A stretch of DNA of 63,734 nucleotides, filler included, from Methanobacteriota archaeon (GTDB lineage: Archaea > JACRDV01), in NCBI GenBank assembly GCA_024860865.1. It is 7 parts of 7 records of this genome, joined end to end, with 100 filler letters (N's around TTAATTAATTAA, not from the genome) between each part and the next. Parts side by side here need not be neighbours in the genome. Positions count along the whole stretch, not along the records: positions 57,530 to 63,734 come from JACRDV010000111.1; 6 more parts are not named here. The stretch is one strand, 5' to 3'. The translations under genes were made by a program, and so were the position numbers. Shown piece by piece: positions 59,435 through 63,734 of this stretch; positions within the stretch are counted from its first letter, which is position 1, and each line of letters starts with the position of its first letter. Below the pieces are notes generated by a model. It made no database searches. It was not told the origin of the DNA and saw nothing but the letters and a program-made list of their open reading frames with translations.

Positions 59435-60193
59435 TTAAATTCGCACTGGAACTCCTTTCGTTTTTAATGTCTCTTTAATTTGTTTAACTGTATACTTCCC
59501 ATAATGGACTACACTCGCTACCAATGCAGCATCTGCTTTGGTTTCAGTTAATACTTGATACACATGGTCAATTGTTCCGGCACCACCAGAAGCAATTACT
59601 GGGATATTAACGCTGTCACAAATTGTTTTTGTTAACGAAATATCATAACCCTCTTGAGTTCCATCTTTATCCATGCTCGTAAGAAGGATTTCTCCAGCCC
59701 CAAGTTTCTCCACTTTCTTTGCCCATTCAACAGCATCAATGCCAGTAGATTGGCGACCGCCATAAATATATGCCTCCCACTTCTGTGGTTTGACCATTTT
59801 AGCATCAATAGCTATAACAATACACTGGCTTCCGAATTTTTTTGCTCCTTCCTCAATAATTTTTGGATTTTGAATAGCTGCTGTATTAACTGAAACTTTA
59901 TCTGCGCCTGCTCGTAAAACCTCTTGAATATCTTTAATACTTCGGAGACCCCCGCCGACTGTTAATGGAACGAAAACTTGGTCTGCTGTCCTTCTAACAA
60001 CATCTAGCATAATTTTTCTGCCTTCAGGAGAGGCCCCGATATCTAAAAATACTATCTCATCTGCGCCGTCTTTATCGTAAACTTTTGCTAGAGCTGGTGG
60101 GTCTCCAGCCAACCTTAGCTGCTGAAAATGAATTCCCTTAACAACGCGCCCACTCAGTATATCCAAACACGCAATAATTCTTTTTGTTAGCAT
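59435..60193 (-). CDS. hisF: Imidazole glycerol phosphate synthase subunit HisF
   Basis: [25 protein letters not shown] and ASGGAG motifs. Confidence 0.96.
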   Translation of the reverse strand: MLTKRIIACLDILSGRVVKGIHFQQLRLAGDPPALAKVYDKDGADEIVFLDIGASPEGRKIMLDVVRRTADQVFVPLTVGGGLRSIKDIQEVLRAGADKVSVNTAAIQNPKIIEEGAKKFGSQCIVIAIDAKMVKPQKWEAYIYGGRQSTGIDAVEWAKKVEKLGAGEILLTSMDKDGTQEGYDISLTKTICDSVNIPVIASGGAGTIDHVYQVLTETKADAALVASVVHYGKYTVKQIKETLKTKGVPVRI

Positions 60194-60346
60194 CCAGGCA
60201 CCTGTGAATTAAAAGAAGCCGTTATTAGAACCCTTAGTAATCTCTTTTTTAGAAAAAATTTTTAACTAATCCAAAAATAATATTAAAATCACCTATTTCT
60301 ACTTTACGAAAATGAAAATTTCTCGTAATTACTCTTTTTCATTGCC

Positions 60347-61021
60347 TCAACTTGCAAGTAAAGAATATTTGTCAAATTGAGCTCCACAATTTGGGCATTT
60401 ATCCCACCCAAATGGTACCATTACACTACACTTGCATTTTATTATTAATTCAGCTTTTTCTTCTTTTTCTCGCTCTCCAGCTTCTGACTCCGCTAATTTA
60501 AATTTTTCCTCCTCTAAAAGTGGCCAAACGCGCTCTATAATGAAAAGCCTAACCATGTTTTCATAATCTTTTTGATTTAAAACCACAACCAACTTACCAC
60601 GCAGCAATTTATTGCCCTTATCGGTCACGCTCTCATAAATTTCTGTGCGATAAAATTTCTCAAATATTGGCTCTAGAATTCTAGGTAATTCAGATGTGCT
60701 TTCCACTCTGTAATCCTTCATAGCTCCACCTATGTGCAAAGGATGGTAAAATTTATCACCTTCCTTGCATTTGCCAAAAACTATCGATTTAAGGTCTAGA
60801 AGATGAAAAGGTCTACCAGTTGGCCTAACTAATACTCTCACTGAGATTTCATCTGGACATTCTCTAACTTCAAATAGCCATTCTCCAGAGATCCTATCTA
60901 TTGCTTTAAAAATGTGAGAAATACCTTCTCTTTCAATCCTCTCAAAGCGGTCAAACCAGATATCTTGCTTTGGCTCGATCGATTCAAAGACCTTTATCAT
61001 TTCAGGATTGATTTGAAACAC
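60347..61021 (-). CDS. Hypothetical protein with a C-terminal zinc ribbon
   Basis: CKC...CPNCG at the C-terminus; GAGGT RBS. Confidence 0.7.
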   Translation of the reverse strand: MFQINPEMIKVFESIEPKQDIWFDRFERIEREGISHIFKAIDRISGEWLFEVRECPDEISVRVLVRPTGRPFHLLDLKSIVFGKCKEGDKFYHPLHIGGAMKDYRVESTSELPRILEPIFEKFYRTEIYESVTDKGNKLLRGKLVVVLNQKDYENMVRLFIIERVWPLLEEEKFKLAESEAGEREKEEKAELIIKCKCSVMVPFGWDKCPNCGAQFDKYSLLAS

Positions 61022-61038
61022 ATCGAGACCTCAATTGA

Positions 61039-61968
61039 TTAAATCTCTTTAGACTTTTTCTCTAGGAATTCCACTAAGTTAACCAATGTTTCATTCACTG
61101 GAGTAGGAATTCCATGGATTTTCCCAAGCTCAACAAATACTCCATTTAAAAAATCTATTTCTGTTTTCTTTCCTTTTTCAATATCCTGAAGCATTGAAGA
61201 TCTGTGCTCGCTTGTAGGAGGCAGCTGATGACTTTTCAAGTATTCTAAATATTCATCTGTGTTTTTCCATTTTAGCTCAATTTTTTCGGCTCTAGCAACT
61301 TCAAAGGCTTCTTCAATTATTTTTTCGATTGTTTTCCAAGTCCCACCAGCTGCTAGTTCACCATACTTAACTTTTAGAATTGCTCCTAAAGGATTTAGAG
61401 CTGAGTTATACAATGCTTTGCCCCAAATTACACTTCTTATGTTTTGTGATAGCTCTGTAGGAATTCCTGCTTGATTGAACATATCTACGACTCTTTTTGC
61501 TCTCTCAGTAATTTTCCCATCTAATTCACCGATTTTCACGCTCTCTGCATGCACAGTAACTCTAACTTCTCCCGGCTTGACTATTTCAAATCCTGTTATC
61601 ACCATTCCGCCTAAAACACTCTTTGGAATATATTTTTCTATAATCTCACAATTCCCAATTCCGTTTTGAAGAGAAAGAATTAAGGTGTCGCTTTTAACCA
61701 GGTGAAGAATTTGTTTCACAGCTCCCTCAGTGTCATAGGCTTTTGTTGTCATGAGAATCAAATCTTGGGGCTCGATGTCCTCTGTCGAATAAACTGCTTT
61801 AACATCTACCTTAAATTCGCCCCACAGCCCGGAGATTTTTAGCCCATTATTTTTTATAGCATCCATGTGCCATGGCCTTCCAACCAAAGTAACATCATTG
61901 CCTGATTTGGCCAGCATTCCTCCAACCACGGAACCAACTGCTCCAGCGCCCATTACCAATACTTTCAT
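61039..61968 (-). CDS. panE: Ketopantoate reductase
   Basis: GAGAVG, LQNG, W.K..N and SSMLQD...TEIDFLNG motifs. Confidence 0.92.
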   Translation of the reverse strand: MKVLVMGAGAVGSVVGGMLAKSGNDVTLVGRPWHMDAIKNNGLKISGLWGEFKVDVKAVYSTEDIEPQDLILMTTKAYDTEGAVKQILHLVKSDTLILSLQNGIGNCEIIEKYIPKSVLGGMVITGFEIVKPGEVRVTVHAESVKIGELDGKITERAKRVVDMFNQAGIPTELSQNIRSVIWGKALYNSALNPLGAILKVKYGELAAGGTWKTIEKIIEEAFEVARAEKIELKWKNTDEYLEYLKSHQLPPTSEHRSSMLQDIEKGKKTEIDFLNGVFVELGKIHGIPTPVNETLVNLVEFLEKKSKEI

Positions 61969-62011
61969 AAAACCAGCTTTTTAATTTAAAAATTGAACTA
62001 TAGGAAAAACA

Positions 62012-63157
62012 TTAATTTGCTTTCGGAAAAAATTGAAGAATTTGATAAGTAGTTGTTCGCTGAGCTGGAATTCTATCCAATTGGTAAATTAGATTCTTAA
62101 TCTTGTTAGGCGGTAAATAATCGCCAAACATCGCACCTGCTGCCTTCGAAATATGCTCCTCCATTAGGGTGCCGCCAATATCGTTTGCCCCGGCATTCAA
62201 AACTACTTGAGCAAAACCAGGTCCAAGCTTAACCCATGAGACTTGGATATTGTCGATATAACCATTTAGCATCAAGCGAGCTGCAGCATAAAGCTTTAAA
62301 TCTTCTGCACCAGTTGATGCTTTAGTTACAAGACCTTTATTGAAAAGCGGTGTATTTTTATGCATAAATGTAAGAGGAATGAATTCAGTAAAGCCTCTCG
62401 TTGTTTTTTGGATTTCACGCAGAATTCCAATGTGATTTACCCTATCCTCAAGAGTTTCTATGTGCCCATACAATATTGTTGCTGTTGTGGGCAATCCTAG
62501 CCGATGAGCTGTTTTAATTATTTCGATCCATGTTCGCGTGTCAATTTTTTTGGGACAAATTATTTTCCGTATTCTATCATTAAAGATTTCAGCTGCAGTC
62601 CCAGGTATAGAGCCCAAACCAGCTTCTTTTAACATTTTTAATGCTTCTTCGATTTTTAGTTCTGCTTTACTTGCCCCGTAAGCAATCTCCATTGGAGAAA
62701 AACCATGGATATGAATTCTTGGAACTGCTTTTTTTATAGCTTGAGTTATCTCAAGGTAACCAAAAATATCGAGCTCTGGATGTAATCCTCCTTGAATGCA
62801 AACTTCTGTTGCACCTAGAGCCCATGCCTCCTTTGTTTTCTCTACAATTTTGTCAATTTGGAGCAAATATGCGGTTGGATCTCCGATATTCTTTTTAAAC
62901 GCACAAAATTGACAATCATTAATACAAACATTTGTAAAATTTATGTTCCTATTGATGACAAATGATACAAAATCGCCAACTGCTGAGCGCCTAACTTGAT
63001 CGGCCGCAAGAATTAGAGCCAAAAATTCTTTATTTTGTACTTTAATTAGCTCAAGAGCTTCACTTTTAGATATTTCTCTGTTATTGAGTGCTTTTTCGAG
63101 TGCTGTTGATACAACCGGGTCAATTTCTTTGAGAAGTGCATCGAGCATAAAAACCAT
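62012..63157 (-). CDS. cofH: FO synthase subunit CofH (radical SAM)
   Basis: NRNINFTNVC..DCQFCAF, PGTAAEI, NIQVSWVKLG and GGTLMEE motifs. Confidence 0.9.
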   Translation of the reverse strand: MVFMLDALLKEIDPVVSTALEKALNNREISKSEALELIKVQNKEFLALILAADQVRRSAVGDFVSFVINRNINFTNVCINDCQFCAFKKNIGDPTAYLLQIDKIVEKTKEAWALGATEVCIQGGLHPELDIFGYLEITQAIKKAVPRIHIHGFSPMEIAYGASKAELKIEEALKMLKEAGLGSIPGTAAEIFNDRIRKIICPKKIDTRTWIEIIKTAHRLGLPTTATILYGHIETLEDRVNHIGILREIQKTTRGFTEFIPLTFMHKNTPLFNKGLVTKASTGAEDLKLYAAARLMLNGYIDNIQVSWVKLGPGFAQVVLNAGANDIGGTLMEEHISKAAGAMFGDYLPPNKIKNLIYQLDRIPAQRTTTYQILQFFPKAN

Positions 63158-63323
63158 TTTAATCGTTTCATTAACTAAAAGTATTTCTATAATACTAGTT
63201 TTATTGTTTTAAAATTATTTTTGTAACTTCTCTTTTTTGCGAAAGAGTAAACTAATATGATGAAATTAGTATATATATAAAGAGTTCGCTAAGATTTTAG
63301 ATGTTTTTCTTTGAGTGATTTAC

Positions 63324-63734
63324 ATGTTTGCTTTCCTTTCAAAAAACGATTTTGAAAAAATTCATTTGAATAGTCTCGATATTTTAGAAAATCTAGGCAT
63401 AAAAATAAAAAGTGGAGCATGTCTTAAAACTTTAGAAAAAACAGGAGCTATAGTTGATTACGAAAAACTTCAAGCAAAATTCCCGAACCATCTTGTTGAA
63501 GAAGCTCTGAAAAAAGCACCTAAAGTAGTGAAGTTATTTGCTAGAGACTCAAAATTCGATGTAACCCTGGATAAAAAGAACACCCATTTTTCAACAGATG
63601 GAACTGGGACTGCTGTGATAGACTTTGAAACAAGAGAACTGAGAACTTCAACAGCTGAAGACGTTGCAAAAAGTGCAAAAATTGCAAATTCTTTGAATAA
63701 TGTTCATGTTTATTGGGCTACTGTAGGTGCTCAA
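63324..63734 (+). CDS. MttB-family (trimethylamine/quaternary-amine) methyltransferase, runs off the window (not in the ORF track)
   Basis: Manual translation gives LS..D.EKIH..SLDILENLGI...GA.VD...FP..LVEEALKKAP...LFARD. Confidence 0.85.
   Translation, partial: MFAFLSKNDFEKIHLNSLDILENLGIKIKSGACLKTLEKTGAIVDYEKLQAKFPNHLVEEALKKAPKVVKLFARDSKFDVTLDKKNTHFSTDGTGTAVIDFETRELRTSTAEDVAKSAKIANSLNNVHVYWATVGAQ

Noticed and set aside
717-61669. Many short ORFs antisense to or overlapping clear genes (e.g. 717-1019, 2253-2600, 8894-9322, 11984-12391, 42777-42971, 58943-59467)
   Set aside because: Shadow frames of well-supported genes or of the repeat cassette, with no motifs or RBS support.

Overview
Low-GC archaeal DNA, most likely a metagenome bin. 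It consists of seven contigs joined by an artificial N44-TTAATTAATTAA-N44 linker (gaps at 9674-9773, 23710-23809, 31218-31317, 34949-35048, 44966-45065 and 57430-57529), so adjacency across the gaps is not real evidence. Housekeeping genes include family B DNA polymerase, HflX, NikR, GatE, PAN, MBF1, TsaC/Sua5, Map, TFE, Trm56, Lhr, RNase HII, short XPF, a single-OB SSB, an intron-containing tRNA-Gly, GAPDH, AMP phosphorylase next to form III RuBisCO, nadC/nadX/nadA, HisF, PanE and GGR. H4MPT/F420/methyl-transfer genes (Mch, CofH, an MttB-family gene and a truncated MtrA-like gene) suggest an anaerobic archaeon with C1 metabolism. Several small TA-like pairs and pseudogene debris are scattered through the window. 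The most interesting region is the 35-45 kb contig. It carries a membrane-anchored winged-helix regulator with a metallothionein-like Cys cluster in its outside domain. The regulator's own 3' end plus the downstream promoter occurs in four progressively decayed copies. Three copies keep a perfect TTGAA-N4-TTCAA palindrome in front of an S-layer gene, a Cys-rich Fe-S/ABC-permease operon and a DUF4418-like gene. A paralogous regulator at 15 kb has related phased GTTCCA repeats. Other notable signals are a solitary integron attC-like hairpin, a PolB with degenerate proofreading motifs and a tRNA-Gly lacking U33. All family assignments come from motif recognition by eye; no searches were run.
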